Shown in pieces: positions 1 to 13,510 of a stretch of DNA of 64,000 nt. A model generated the notes under the pieces. It did not search any database, was not told the DNA's origin, and worked only from the letters and a program-made list of their open reading frames with translations. Source of the DNA: Phycisphaerae bacterium (GTDB lineage: Bacteria > Planctomycetota > Phycisphaerae > UBA1845 > Fen-1342); the NCBI GenBank assembly GCA_050115495.1, contig JASFQK010000020.1:32001-96000 (forward strand), in the 5' to 3' direction. The position numbers were made by a program, and so were the translations under genes. The number at the start of each line of letters is the position of its first letter. Position 1 is the first letter of the stretch.

Positions 1-609
1 GGCGTGGCCCTGGAGCAACCCGAGGCGGGATTCGTGCTTGCCGAGGTAGTACGGCGAGGCCGAGATGTTGATGAGCACATCGGCTCCGGCCCGCACGAGG
101 TCGGCTAATGGGTCGATGTCGTATAACCGCCGGGCGAGCAGCTCTTCGTCGGACCACATGTCCTCGCAGACGGTCAGGCCGAGGCGCCGGCCGCCGAAGT
201 CGATGACCGGCTGCGGCCCGCCGGGTTCGAAGTAGCGCACTTCGTCGAAGACGTCGTAGGTGGGCAGTAGGCGTTTCCGGGAACGGGCGACGATGCGGCC
301 CTGGTGCAACAGCGCGGCGGCGTTGAATACGGGGCGTCCGAACGGACGATCGGTCGGTTCGGCGAAGCCCAGGACGACGCCGACCTCGCCCGTCTGCCGG
401 GCCAGTTCATCAACGGCCGCCACGTTTCGCTGGATGACATCCCGACGAAGGAGCAGGTCTTTGGCGGGATAGCCGAGGACGGCCTGTTCGGGGAAGACGA
501 CGAGCTGGGCGCCGGCGGTCGTGGTCTGGCGGATCGCGTCGCGGATCTTCGCCGTGTTCCCGTCCACGTCGCCGATGATGGGGTTGTGCTGGACGAGGGC
601 GACTTTCAA
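1..609 (-). CDS. nadE: Glutamine-dependent NAD+ synthetase, N-terminal nitrilase-type domain (runs off the window edge)
   Basis: Manual translation from TTG at 609: LKVALVQHNPIIGDVDGN...VVFPEQAVLGYPAKDLL...KRLLPTYDVFDEVRYFEPG...LTVCEDMW...INISASPY. E-K-C triad motifs present; AAAGGA SD upstream. Not in the ORF track. Confidence 0.9.
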   Translation of the reverse strand, partial: MKVALVQHNPIIGDVDGNTAKIRDAIRQTTTAGAQLVVFPEQAVLGYPAKDLLLRRDVIQRNVAAVDELARQTGEVGVVLGFAEPTDRPFGRPVFNAAALLHQGRIVARSRKRLLPTYDVFDEVRYFEPGGPQPVIDFGGRRLGLTVCEDMWSDEELLARRLYDIDPLADLVRAGADVLINISASPYYLGKHESRLGLLQGHA

Positions 610-809
610 GGGCGTTCCTTTCTGGGCGGCGCGGGGGCGTTGGGGGCTCTGCTCCACCGCCGGCCGCCCATCCTACCGCCCGCCGCCGCGGCGTACACGC
701 CGGGCCAGGAAGGGAGCCGGCGGCGTCTGGCTGGTGGTTCGGGGGCGGCGTGCGCGATTTCGGAGGGGGTGGGCGGAGAATTTGCGCGTCGCCGACCGAT
801 AGGAGGGTC

Positions 810-1334
810 ATGACGACCACGCTCGAGCTGCACGCCGGTCCGTGTCCGCTGCCCTTCTCGATCGCCTTGCCGGCCGCTGCCTGGTTCGCGCGGGCTTGCG
901 CCGCCGACCGGGCCGGCGCCGCGGTTGAGGCCGCGACGTGCTACCGCCATGCGCTCGAGCAGGACCCGGAGCACGTCTCCGCCCACTACAACCTGGGACT
1001 GCTGCTCCGCCGGGAGGGGGCGCTCGACGAAGCCGAAGCGTGCTTCCAGGCGGCGCTGGAAATCGAGCCGACGCATCACAAATGTCTGATGATGTGGGGC
1101 AGCATTTGCGCCGCCCGCGGCGACTGGGAGCAGGCGAAAGAGCTGACGCTCGCCGCCCACGAGCTGGCCCCGGAGTACGTCAAGACCATCCAGAACCTCA
1201 TCGCCATCCACCGGCATCTCGGCGAAACCGGCCTAGCCGCGCGCATGCAGCGCGTGCTCGACCGCGTGCTGGGGCAACCCGACGCACGACCCGCCCGCCG
1301 CACCGCACGCCACTTGTCTGGCCGCCTACACTAG
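810..1334 (+). CDS. TPR-repeat protein
   Basis: AGGAGG SD before ATG 810; TPR signatures (YRHALEQDPEHVSAHYNLG, FQAALEIEPTH). Confidence 0.75.
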   Translation: MTTTLELHAGPCPLPFSIALPAAAWFARACAADRAGAAVEAATCYRHALEQDPEHVSAHYNLGLLLRREGALDEAEACFQAALEIEPTHHKCLMMWGSICAARGDWEQAKELTLAAHELAPEYVKTIQNLIAIHRHLGETGLAARMQRVLDRVLGQPDARPARRTARHLSGRLH

Positions 1335-1384
1335 TAGTAAGCGGTTGCAGCGTCGGAACAGACAGGTGGCCTATGGGGGCAGAG

Positions 1385-3565
1385 ATGACCAATGCGCTTG
1401 TGCCGCGCACGGAGGTCAGACGGTCAGGCTACGCCACGATCCACCGAGGGTGGTGGCTCGCTCTTCTTGCGCTGGCGCTGGCCATCCGCGGACTGTACCT
1501 CCTCCAGTATGCCGGCAACCCGCTGTTCTGGACCCCGGTTGGCCCGGATGTAGAGGAGTACGACGCCAACGCCCGACTCATCCAAAACGGGTGCTGGTTG
1601 TGGCAAACCGTCGGCACACACGGTCCGCTGTACTCGTACGTCCTCGCCGGGTGGTACGCGCTCACGGGGCAATCGTTGCTGGCCGTGCGCACGCTGCAAT
1701 TGCTGCTGGGTATGCTGGGCGGGATTATCGTGACGCTCGCCGTGAAGTGCCGCTATAACTCCCGGGTCGCCTTCGCGGTGGGGGCATTGTGGGTGCTGTA
1801 CATACCGGCGATCCACTATGAGGCCGAGCTGCTCAGCGAAGGGCTGGCGCTATTCCTGAATGCCCTGGTCATCGCCATCCTACTGCGCAAGCCGGAGATC
1901 ACGCCGCTATGGGCGGGCGTGGTCGGGCTGCTGCTCGGCCTGGGCTCGATCACGCATGCCAGCGCGCTGCTGTTCGGCCTGCTGATCCTGGGCTGGCTGG
2001 CGTGGGTCGGGTTCCGCGTGTCTGCCCGGCGAGCCGCAGTGATCGTCCTGCCGGCGCTGTTGGGGTTGGCGCTGCCGACTGTGCCGGTGGTGGCGTACAA
2101 CTCTCACTTGCAGGGCGGCTTCGTCCTGCTCCAGGACACGGGCAGCATCAACCTCTACATCGGCAACAACCCGGAGGCCGACGGCACGCACTACGCCCGC
2201 CTCGGGCCGGACTGGGACCGGATTGTAGCGCTGCCGTACGTGGCCGGCGGCGTGCGGGAGGGTCCGGCGTACAACGCGTACTTCTACCGGCAGGTGGCGA
2301 AGTTCATTTTCGAGTCACCTGGACAATGGCTGGCGCTAGTGGGCAGGAAAGCCGCCCTGAGCGTGAGCGCACAGGACATCACCGCCAGCATGCCGTGGGC
2401 GGCGATCCGCAACGACGTGCCCATGCTGCGGAACGGCACGTTCGCGTTCGGCGTGCTGCTGGCGCTGGCGCTGGCCGGCCTGGTCTGTGTGAGGGAGGCC
2501 CGCTTTCGTCCGATCCTGCTGTTGGCACTGGCGTACATCCTGAGCCAGATGATCTACGTCGCGTCGGGGCGGTACCGTGTGCCGATGCTGCCGGGGCTGT
2601 TCGTGCTGGGCGGGTTCGGCCTGGCTCACCTGCTGGAGAGCCTGCGAACACGGTCGGGACGCTCGCTGGGCCGGGCGGCCGGCGCGCTCCTGATCGGTCT
2701 GGGCGTCGCCTTCCTGCCGGTTGTCCCGCAGCACAACGACGATCCGGCCGAGGGTGCCTTGGTGCGGGCGGACGCCTATCTCCATCTCGGCGACCCGCAG
2801 CGCGCCGAGGCCGACATGCGGCAGGCCATCGCCCTGCGGCCTGATTACGCGATGGCTCGGTTGTTCCTGGCGGACCTCCTGAATGGCGACGGGCGGTCGG
2901 ACGAAGCACTGGAGCAGTATCAGGCTGCCGCCGCGGCGCGTCCGGATTACGTGCAAGCGCACCTCGCGCTCGCCGAGGCATTCATCCACCGCAACGACCT
3001 CGCCGCCGCGCGGCCGGAATACCTGCGGGCCCTGGAGCTCGACCCCGAGAATTACCACGTGCGTCACCTGTTCGGCCGCGCGCTGCTGGTGTGGGAAGAC
3101 TGGCAGGGCGCCGCGGAGCAGTTCGGCTTCATCCTGTCTCGGAAGCCGGATGCGCAGGCCTGTTGGGGGATGGGGGAGTCCCTGGCACGCCTGGGGCATT
3201 ATGCGGAGGCGGCCAAGCTGCTGGAGCAATCCGCGGCGGCCATGCCGGACAATGCCCGCCTGCTTGCCGCGCTGGCGCGCCTGCGTGCGGCGTGCCCGGT
3301 CGACCAACTGCGCAACACGGAGGAAGCCCTGGTGCTGGGGGCGCGTGCCGCCGCTCTCACGCGCTTCACCGATCCGTGGGCCGTCGATGCGCTCAGCATG
3401 GCACTGGCCAACGCCGGGCATTTCGAACAGGCCGCGCACGGCGCCGACATCGCCGCGGAAATCGCCGGCGAGCGCGGAGACGATCCGCTACGGCAGCAGG
3501 CACTCGCCCGACGCGAGCTGTACCTCAAGAACAAACCGTACCGCGATCCTCCCCCCGCGGAGTAG
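1385..3565 (+). CDS. GT-C fold (ArnT/PMT-like) membrane glycosyltransferase with C-terminal TPR repeats
   Basis: Multiple TM segments, DVEEYD first loop, PLYSYVLAG, NLYIGNNPEADG and RYRVP motifs, then several TPRs. Start may be 1373 or 1385. Confidence 0.8.
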   Translation: MTNALVPRTEVRRSGYATIHRGWWLALLALALAIRGLYLLQYAGNPLFWTPVGPDVEEYDANARLIQNGCWLWQTVGTHGPLYSYVLAGWYALTGQSLLAVRTLQLLLGMLGGIIVTLAVKCRYNSRVAFAVGALWVLYIPAIHYEAELLSEGLALFLNALVIAILLRKPEITPLWAGVVGLLLGLGSITHASALLFGLLILGWLAWVGFRVSARRAAVIVLPALLGLALPTVPVVAYNSHLQGGFVLLQDTGSINLYIGNNPEADGTHYARLGPDWDRIVALPYVAGGVREGPAYNAYFYRQVAKFIFESPGQWLALVGRKAALSVSAQDITASMPWAAIRNDVPMLRNGTFAFGVLLALALAGLVCVREARFRPILLLALAYILSQMIYVASGRYRVPMLPGLFVLGGFGLAHLLESLRTRSGRSLGRAAGALLIGLGVAFLPVVPQHNDDPAEGALVRADAYLHLGDPQRAEADMRQAIALRPDYAMARLFLADLLNGDGRSDEALEQYQAAAAARPDYVQAHLALAEAFIHRNDLAAARPEYLRALELDPENYHVRHLFGRALLVWEDWQGAAEQFGFILSRKPDAQACWGMGESLARLGHYAEAAKLLEQSAAAMPDNARLLAALARLRAACPVDQLRNTEEALVLGARAAALTRFTDPWAVDALSMALANAGHFEQAAHGADIAAEIAGERGDDPLRQQALARRELYLKNKPYRDPPPAE

Positions 3566-3614
3566 GTGAAGCGGCGCCGGGTCAGTCCGCAGAGCTCGGC
3601 CCCGCAGCCCCACC

Positions 3615-6500
<2,886 letters not shown>

Positions 6501-6745
6501 GTTCCGCCTTCCGGCTTCCAGCGGGTTCGGCCCGTCGAGGGGGTACGTCGGGCCGGAGGACCGCCCATAAACCCGTCAGTATAGCGGATTCTGTCGCCGG
6601 TTGCTGCGCCTCGTTGCCGACTGGCGTCCATACCACGCCCGCGGCGGATCGCGTATAGTGCCGCGCGTGGCAGGCCCCGGGATCGGCCGGACCGCGGTGC
6701 CGGCCGTCGCCGCACCGCCCATCTGGCACTTGGAGGAAGATGACC

Positions 6746-7672
6746 ATGTTCCATATCCGGAAGTGTCTCGTCGCGATCGTCGTGATCGGGGTGTTGAGCG
6801 TTGTGCTCGCCGGCTGCGCCAGCTCGCAGCGCACACCCGCCGTTCAGAGCACGCCAACCGAGCCGCAGCCGGCCACGACGGCCGACGCGGCCCCGGCGCC
6901 CGCCGCCGAGCCGGCCCCCGCCGTCGCCGAGCAGGAACCGGCACAGACGCAGGCGGCTGATGCGGAGGACAAGGCGCAGAAGGAGCGCGAGGAGCAGGAG
7001 AAGAAGGCCAAGGAGGAGGCCAAGAAGGCTCGCGAGCGGGAGCGCAAGCTCGCGCACCTGGAACGTGACCTCGAAACGGCCAGGCTTCGCTTGCAGAAGA
7101 CGAAGCTCGACAACGAGGCGGCCGCGCTGCGCTATGCTCAGTCGCTGGAGCAGGCCCAGACCGAGCTGCAACTGGCCCAGGAGAAGTTCGACACGACGCA
7201 GGCGCTCGAAGTGCCGCAGCGCATCGCCTGGTCGGAGCTCAACCTCCAGCGCAGCCGCGACAACCTGCAAAACGCGACCGAGGAACTGGAGCAGCTCGAA
7301 CTCATGTATAAGGACGACCAGTTCGCCGATCAGACGAAGGAGATCGTCATCAGCCGGTCCCGCCGGGAGCTGGAGCGCACGCAGCGCGACGTTCAGCTCC
7401 GCGAAGAGGAGCACCGCCGGCTGCTGGAGGTCTACCTGCCACGCGAGAAGCGCGAGCAGGAGCTGCAACTGGCCAAGCAGGAACGCGGCGTGGTGAACAT
7501 GCAGAGCGACGAGCAGCGGGCGGTGATTGACCGCCAGATCGCGCTGATCAACGCCGAAGCCGCCATCACCAAGCTCGAAGAGCAGCTCAGCGATCTGCGC
7601 GAGGAGATCGCCGAAGCCGCGGAGCAGAAGGCCAAAGAGAGCGAGAAGCCGGCCGCCGACCAGGGCGACTAG
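6746..7672 (+). CDS. Coiled-coil lipoprotein
   Basis: GGAGG SD; lipobox VLAGC; Pro/Ala linker; long E/K/Q/R heptad-rich helix. Start may be 6740 or 6746. Confidence 0.75.
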   Translation: MFHIRKCLVAIVVIGVLSVVLAGCASSQRTPAVQSTPTEPQPATTADAAPAPAAEPAPAVAEQEPAQTQAADAEDKAQKEREEQEKKAKEEAKKARERERKLAHLERDLETARLRLQKTKLDNEAAALRYAQSLEQAQTELQLAQEKFDTTQALEVPQRIAWSELNLQRSRDNLQNATEELEQLELMYKDDQFADQTKEIVISRSRRELERTQRDVQLREEEHRRLLEVYLPREKREQELQLAKQERGVVNMQSDEQRAVIDRQIALINAEAAITKLEEQLSDLREEIAEAAEQKAKESEKPAADQGD

Positions 7673-7695
7673 CGAACCACCAGGAGGCCAGCGCC

Positions 7696-8907
7696 ATGAA
7701 CACTCCGGCGCGATGTCTGCTGATGCTGCTGGCGGCGGGCGCCGCTGCCTGCGCCCATGCGACCGAACCGCTGAAGCCCGAGGACGTGACGCCGCAGCGG
7801 GCCGAGGCGTCGCTGCGGGCCGGCTTGCACTTCCTCCTCGAATCGCAGAACGCCGACGGCTCGTGGGGCGGGGCCTGGGACTCGCTGACGACGTGGAGCG
7901 GCTGGACGTGGAACAACCCGGAGTCGCACCGTTCGTGGCGGGTGGCAACGACGGGCCTGTGCGTGCTGGCGTTGCTCGATGCCGGTCAGGATGAGGCCGA
8001 GCTCGCCGCCGCCGACCGGGCCGTCACGTACCTCGTGGCCAACGCGGACGTGCGCCGCCCGAGCGAGTGGGACACGATGGATTGCTGGGCGCACATCTAT
8101 GGGATGCAGGGCCTGGCGGCTGCGTATGCCCATCCGCGTTATTCCGACCCAACCAGTCGCGAAGACATTCAGCGAGCCATCGAGGCGCAACTGAAGGGTC
8201 TGGCCCGCAGCGAGGCGTTGTGTGGCGGGTGGGGCTACCTCGAGTTCGCCGCCCCGCGCACGGCTCACCCGCAGTGGGCCACGAGCTTCACAACTGCCGC
8301 CGGTATCGTCGCCCTGCTCGACGCGCGACAGGAAGGCGTGGCGATCGATGAGGGCGTGCTGGGCCGGGCGGTTAAGGCCGTCCGTCGGTGTTACCTGCCG
8401 AACGGCGCGTATACGTACTCCGTGCGGACCGTCCCGAATCCGCGCAAGATCGGCTCGATCAACCGGGTGAACGGCTCGCTGTGCCGAATCCAGTGCTGCA
8501 ACCTGGCGCTGTTGATGGCCGGGGACGAGATCAGCGAGGAGCGTTTGCGCTGGGGGCTCGAAGTGTTCTTCCGCGAGCACCGCTTCCTGGATATTGCCCG
8601 GCTCAAGCCGGTCCCGCACGAGTCATACTACCAGAACTCGGGGTACTTCTACCTCTTCGGCCACTACTACGCCGCCCGGGTGATTGAGCAGCTTCCGCCC
8701 GAAGACCGCCTGCGCTTCTGGCCGATGCTGCAATACGAGGTCATGAAGATCCAGGGCGACGACGGTGCCATGTGGGACTACGACCATCACGCGTACGACA
8801 AGCCGTACGGGACGGCGTACAGCGTGCTGGTGCTGGCGCACAGCCTGCGCGACGAGAACAAGCTGCAAGGCCCGGTAACATCCACGCCCACCGCCCCGCC
8901 ACCCTGA
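7696..8907 (+). CDS. Secreted prenyltransferase/squalene-cyclase-like (alpha/alpha)-barrel repeat protein
   Basis: AGGAGG SD, signal peptide, QW-like repeats ([24 protein letters not shown]). Confidence 0.75.
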   Translation: MNTPARCLLMLLAAGAAACAHATEPLKPEDVTPQRAEASLRAGLHFLLESQNADGSWGGAWDSLTTWSGWTWNNPESHRSWRVATTGLCVLALLDAGQDEAELAAADRAVTYLVANADVRRPSEWDTMDCWAHIYGMQGLAAAYAHPRYSDPTSREDIQRAIEAQLKGLARSEALCGGWGYLEFAAPRTAHPQWATSFTTAAGIVALLDARQEGVAIDEGVLGRAVKAVRRCYLPNGAYTYSVRTVPNPRKIGSINRVNGSLCRIQCCNLALLMAGDEISEERLRWGLEVFFREHRFLDIARLKPVPHESYYQNSGYFYLFGHYYAARVIEQLPPEDRLRFWPMLQYEVMKIQGDDGAMWDYDHHAYDKPYGTAYSVLVLAHSLRDENKLQGPVTSTPTAPPP

Positions 8908-9068
8908 CAAACGCCCTCGCGCGGCCGGCATGGACGCCGGGCGCGGTGGCGAAATCCACCTTCGGCCCCGACCGGCCACCTCGTATAATGGCTCCGTGGC
9001 GGCGCCCGCCGGGCGACATGGCTGCCACCGTGCGGTCGGCACACCCGGGGGCGGAAGGAGCGGATCGA

Positions 9069-11228
9069 ATGAGTGCCTCGCGCTGGGTATGTGGCGTTCT
9101 CGTGTTGCTGATGGCGACGGTCTGCTGGGCGCAGCCGGCGACGACCGAAGCCCCGGATCGAGTCGTCTGGGACGAAACCAACCCCATGCCGAAGTACATG
9201 ACCGAGGCCGAGCGGCGCATGCCGCTGCCGACGGTCGAGCGCACCGGACGCGGGGGGCCCTCCGGCGTCGTCCACTGCTCCGCCGAGTACGAGCCGATGG
9301 ACGGCCTGCTCATCGCCTGGGAGGGTTATACGAACCTGCTCACGCAGATGACGGTGCTACTCACCACCAACGATCCCAACGCCCACGTCTACGTGGTCGT
9401 CGACAGCACCAGCGAGCGGACCACCGCCACCAACACGCTGACCAATGCCGGCGCCGAGATGGACCAGGTCAAGTTCATCGTCCAGACGACTGATTCGGTG
9501 TGGATACGCGATTACGGCCCACGCTACATCTTCGAAGACGGCGTGCGCACCATCATCGACCACACGTACAACCGCCCCAAGCGCCCCAATGACAACCTCT
9601 TCAACGACTACCTCAGCACATACTGGGGCGAACCGCAGTATGACATTCCGCTCGACCACGGCGGCGGGAATTTCCACCTGTTCGCCAACGGCGACGCGTT
9701 CATGACCACACTGATCACCGCGGAGAACCCCGACCTGACGGAGCAGGACGTCAAGGACCTGTACCGCGAGTACCAGAACGTCGACCTGACAATCTACACG
9801 GGTTTCCCGACGTCGTTCGACTCGACGCGGCACATCGACATGTGGATGCTGCCCGTCGGTGACTACAAGGTCATCATCGGGGAGTACAACTCCTCGACCG
9901 GGCAGCCCTACACGATCACCGAGGGCGCCGTCGCCGACCTGACCAGCCGCGGCTACACCGTCTACCGCACGCCCGGGTGGCAGTCGGGCGGCACGCACTA
10001 CACGTACACCAACGCCGTCATCCTCAACAACCAGGTGCTGGTGCCCACGTTCAACGGCTATACGTCGCAGAACGCGCAGGCCCTGGCCACCTTCCAGGCC
10101 GCCCTGCCCGGATACACGATCCACCAGCTCAACTGTTCCGACATCATCACCTACGCTGGAGCCATGCACTGCATCGTCATGCACGTGCCCGCGCATGAGC
10201 CCAACCCCGAGCCGGTGGTCAGCCTGATCGTACCCAACGGCGGCGAAACGTGGACCGTCGGCGAGACCTACGACATCCGCTGGTCCGCCTATGACGACGT
10301 CGCCGTCACCGGCATCGATCTGTTCCTGTCGACCGACGGCGGCGCCACGTACCCGTACACGATCGGCACGGACCTGCCGAACACGGGCACGCTCGCGTGG
10401 GAGGTTCCCAGCCTCGCTTCAGAGACGTGCCGCGTCTGGGTCGTGGCCCATGACGGCGACGGCCACACGGGCGAGGACACCTCGGCCGCCGACTTCGAGA
10501 TCACGCCCTACGGTCCGCGCGTGGCGTACGAGTTCCTGCTCGACAGCGATCCCGGCTGGCCGTGCGAGGGCCAGTGGGCGTTCGGTCAGCCCGCCGGCCT
10601 GGGCGGCGCCTCCCACGGCAACCCCGATCCGACCGCCGGCGCCACGGGTCTGAACGTCTACGGCGTGAACCTGCACGGCGACTACGCCAATACGCCGGGC
10701 GGACCCTGGTACGTCACGCTCGGTCCGGTCGATCTGCGCGGCTACGACGACGTCACGCTCCAGTTCCAGCGCTGGCTGAACAGCGACTATCAGCCGTACG
10801 CTTATGCGACGGTCGAAGTCTCGGCCAACAGCTCAGACTGGACGACCGTCTGGCAGAACGGCACGACGGAGATGGCCGACGGCGCCTGGACGCTCTGCGA
10901 GTACGACATCGCCGCCGTGGCGGACGAGCAGGCCACCGTCTACGTCCGCTGGGGCTATCGCATCGGCTCGAGCGCTTACGCGTATTCCGGCTGGAACATC
11001 GACGACGTGCGGCTGATCGGCGTGCCTCTGTTCAGTCCGGGCGACATGAACTGCGACGGGGCCGTCGACAACTTCGACATCAGCCCGTTCGTCCTGGCCG
11101 TGACCAACCCCACCGGCTACGCCGCGCAGTACCCCACTTGCAACATTCTGAACGCGGACATCAACGGCGACGGCGCGGTGGACAACTTCGACATCAGCCC
11201 ATTCGTGACGCTGTTGACGAATCCGTAG
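9069..11228 (+). CDS. Secreted agmatine/peptidylarginine deiminase family protein with Ig-like/beta-sandwich domains and a C-terminal dockerin-like domain
   Basis: Signal peptide; AEYEP, WIRDYGP, GGNF, HIDMW, GAMHC motifs; PNGGE motif; duplicated [17 protein letters not shown]. Confidence 0.85.
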   Translation: MSASRWVCGVLVLLMATVCWAQPATTEAPDRVVWDETNPMPKYMTEAERRMPLPTVERTGRGGPSGVVHCSAEYEPMDGLLIAWEGYTNLLTQMTVLLTTNDPNAHVYVVVDSTSERTTATNTLTNAGAEMDQVKFIVQTTDSVWIRDYGPRYIFEDGVRTIIDHTYNRPKRPNDNLFNDYLSTYWGEPQYDIPLDHGGGNFHLFANGDAFMTTLITAENPDLTEQDVKDLYREYQNVDLTIYTGFPTSFDSTRHIDMWMLPVGDYKVIIGEYNSSTGQPYTITEGAVADLTSRGYTVYRTPGWQSGGTHYTYTNAVILNNQVLVPTFNGYTSQNAQALATFQAALPGYTIHQLNCSDIITYAGAMHCIVMHVPAHEPNPEPVVSLIVPNGGETWTVGETYDIRWSAYDDVAVTGIDLFLSTDGGATYPYTIGTDLPNTGTLAWEVPSLASETCRVWVVAHDGDGHTGEDTSAADFEITPYGPRVAYEFLLDSDPGWPCEGQWAFGQPAGLGGASHGNPDPTAGATGLNVYGVNLHGDYANTPGGPWYVTLGPVDLRGYDDVTLQFQRWLNSDYQPYAYATVEVSANSSDWTTVWQNGTTEMADGAWTLCEYDIAAVADEQATVYVRWGYRIGSSAYAYSGWNIDDVRLIGVPLFSPGDMNCDGAVDNFDISPFVLAVTNPTGYAAQYPTCNILNADINGDGAVDNFDISPFVTLLTNP

Positions 11229-11256
11229 CGTCCGGCGCGGCCAAGCGCGCCAGGCG

Positions 11257-12309
11257 TCAATCGGCGCTGGTGTGCCGGCCCCACGAATGGCCGCCGGTCG
11301 GGCGCGTGTACTCGGTGAGAATCTTGTCGTAGTCCGGGTAGTGGCCGGCCTCGGCAAAGGCTTCGAACATAATGAGGCGGCGGTCGTCGGTGACGCCGAT
11401 GGCCGCCGCGTCGTTGTAATCACTGGCGATGAAGCCACCGGCGGGGGTGCCGTACGTGGTGTAGAGCTGGCGGGCCTGCTCGCGAATCTCGTCGTAGGAG
11501 CCGGCGGGCAGCGTGGACTGTGTATCGACGATGGCCTCGAAGCAGATGCGACCGCGGTAGCGCTCGCCGAACTCCCGGAGCCCGACGGTGTTGGGCTGCT
11601 GGTTGTTGATGACCTCGAGGCCGCAATCGATGAGCTCCTCGACGACGTCGTTGATGCGGCCGCAGGAATGCATCCAGGTGTGCAGGCCGGCCGCCTTGAT
11701 CTCGTCGAAAAGCTTCTGGTAGCGGGGCTTGAAAAACTCGCGGAAGACCTTGAGGCTGACGAAGGCCCGGTCCTGCATGCCCCAGTCATCGGCCAGGGCG
11801 GCGGCGTGGATGCGCCCGTCGGCGATCTGCACGCAGCGGCGGAACACGCGCAGGTGATGGTCGAGCACGCGGTCGAGGATCTCGTGCACCTGCTCCTTCT
11901 GGCGAACGAAAGCCGGCAGGGCCGTGCTCAGGCCGGTGAGCATGTGCAGGCGCTCGAAGATGCCCTGCCCGAAGCAGAACATGACGAAACGGTCATCGGC
12001 CCCGGCGAGCTGCTCGGCGAAGCCGGCGTAGCGGCGCGGATCTTCCGGGTCGGGCCAGCGGTGCTCGGGCAGGCGAGCGAGGTCAGCCAGCGGGTGGCCG
12101 GTGACCTGTCCCGTGTTGGACACACCGGTGCGGCTCCAAACGCAGCCCCACTCGTCCGGCGTGGGCTGCTCAAACGCCCAGGACCAGCCGGTCGGATCCA
12201 GCGTCCACACATCGTAGCAGTCGTTGACGCCGACGATGTCGAACTTCATCGGGATGCGCGGCGGGTTGTCAAAGGTGATGGCCCGCTCAACGATCTCTTT
12301 GCGCGTCAT
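11257..12309 (-). CDS. Uroporphyrinogen decarboxylase-like (MtaA/CmuA-type) methyltransferase family protein
   Basis: MTRKEIV start, DEWGCVW, DDWGMQ, HSCG, DTQSTLP motifs. Confidence 0.85.
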   Translation of the reverse strand: MTRKEIVERAITFDNPPRIPMKFDIVGVNDCYDVWTLDPTGWSWAFEQPTPDEWGCVWSRTGVSNTGQVTGHPLADLARLPEHRWPDPEDPRRYAGFAEQLAGADDRFVMFCFGQGIFERLHMLTGLSTALPAFVRQKEQVHEILDRVLDHHLRVFRRCVQIADGRIHAAALADDWGMQDRAFVSLKVFREFFKPRYQKLFDEIKAAGLHTWMHSCGRINDVVEELIDCGLEVINNQQPNTVGLREFGERYRGRICFEAIVDTQSTLPAGSYDEIREQARQLYTTYGTPAGGFIASDYNDAAAIGVTDDRRLIMFEAFAEAGHYPDYDKILTEYTRPTGGHSWGRHTSAD

Positions 12310-12347
12310 GCGTATGCCTCGTGTTCGGCTCCGGCAGCCGATGCCAA

Positions 12348-13460
12348 TTAATCATAGCGCCCCAGCCGCCGCACCTCAGACAGAAGCCACTGGTAGGTCT
12401 CCAGCGTCACCCCCGGGGGGATGGAATGATCCGAATGATAGATGTAGCCGTGGTACGGCATGGCGGCGCGCAGCTTGCTCTGGAGTTCCTCGTGGATCCT
12501 GTCGCGGTCGTTGGTGGTCAGGACGGTCACGTCGATGTTGCCGACGAAGCCGAGCCGCTCGCCGTACTGCGGAACGAGCTCGCGGACATCCATATTGGCC
12601 CGCGCTTCGAGCGGGTTGATGGCCGTGACGCCGTTCTCCAGGAACGCCGGCAGCAGCGCCCGGATATCCCCGTCGGAGTGGACCACCACCGGCATGTCGC
12701 GGCGATGGAACTCGTCGAAGAACCGGCGGTGGTACGGCTGGACGAACTCGCGATAGTGGCGCGGGCTCATGAAGGGACCGTTCTTGTAGGCAATGTCGGC
12801 GTAGATGAAGGCCCCGTCGCAGACCATGCCCTCGGCTTCGGCCAGGCGAAACATGTCGATCTCGAACTGGGCGAAGGTGTCGAAGACGTCGTGCACCCAC
12901 TCCGGCTGTTTGATCATCGCCCGCAGCATCATCTCGTGGCCGAGCACGTCCTTGACCGACTCGATGATCTCGACGCCGGCGTAGAAGACGAAACGGTCGC
13001 GCTCGCGGGCTCGGTGGTAGCGCGGCCAGAACTCGGGCCAGCGGATGCGCTCGCGGGAGGCGGTCAGCAGCGGCTTGACCGCGGCCCACTTCTCCGGCGT
13101 GTCGATGCCGAAGGAGACGTGCTCGGGCGTGCCGCCCTTGTTCTTCCACCAGCGTAAGAGGGCGTCGTTGCCGTCGCGCTGGAGGACCCAATCGTCGGTC
13201 TCCTCGACGACGGTGGGCGGGACGAGGCGCAGGCGCTGGTCCGGCCAGGCGACCTGCATGAAGTCCATGTCGAAATATTCCCAGAGCGTGAGCAGGTCGT
13301 AGTTCGCCGGGCTGGCGCTGTTGATGCCCGCACCGAGGCGCGGGTCGTTGAGCTGCCGGACGAAGTCCAGCTCGGTCTCCTTCCAGAACCAGTCGGTAAT
13401 GGGAACACGGTCCGGCGGCCGGCGAGCGAGGGCGCAGGCCACCCGTTCGCGCGAAGTCAT
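12348..13460 (-). CDS. Uroporphyrinogen decarboxylase-like (MtaA/CmuA-type) methyltransferase family protein
   Basis: MTSRERV...PDRVP start, DIAYKNGPFMSP, HSDG, NPLEARANMD, GNID, HSDHSIPP. Confidence 0.87.
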   Translation of the reverse strand: MTSRERVACALARRPPDRVPITDWFWKETELDFVRQLNDPRLGAGINSASPANYDLLTLWEYFDMDFMQVAWPDQRLRLVPPTVVEETDDWVLQRDGNDALLRWWKNKGGTPEHVSFGIDTPEKWAAVKPLLTASRERIRWPEFWPRYHRARERDRFVFYAGVEIIESVKDVLGHEMMLRAMIKQPEWVHDVFDTFAQFEIDMFRLAEAEGMVCDGAFIYADIAYKNGPFMSPRHYREFVQPYHRRFFDEFHRRDMPVVVHSDGDIRALLPAFLENGVTAINPLEARANMDVRELVPQYGERLGFVGNIDVTVLTTNDRDRIHEELQSKLRAAMPYHGYIYHSDHSIPPGVTLETYQWLLSEVRRLGRYD

Positions 13461-13510
13461 GCTGTCGGGCTTGCTGGGCGCGGGCAGGTTCTGTCTCCGC
13501 AGAGCGGCTT

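Noticed and set aside
11040..11215. Direct repeat GACAACTTCGACATCAGCCC as a CRISPR or DGR repeat
   Set aside because: Only two copies, both in frame, encoding the duplicated dockerin motif; no cas or reverse transcriptase genes.
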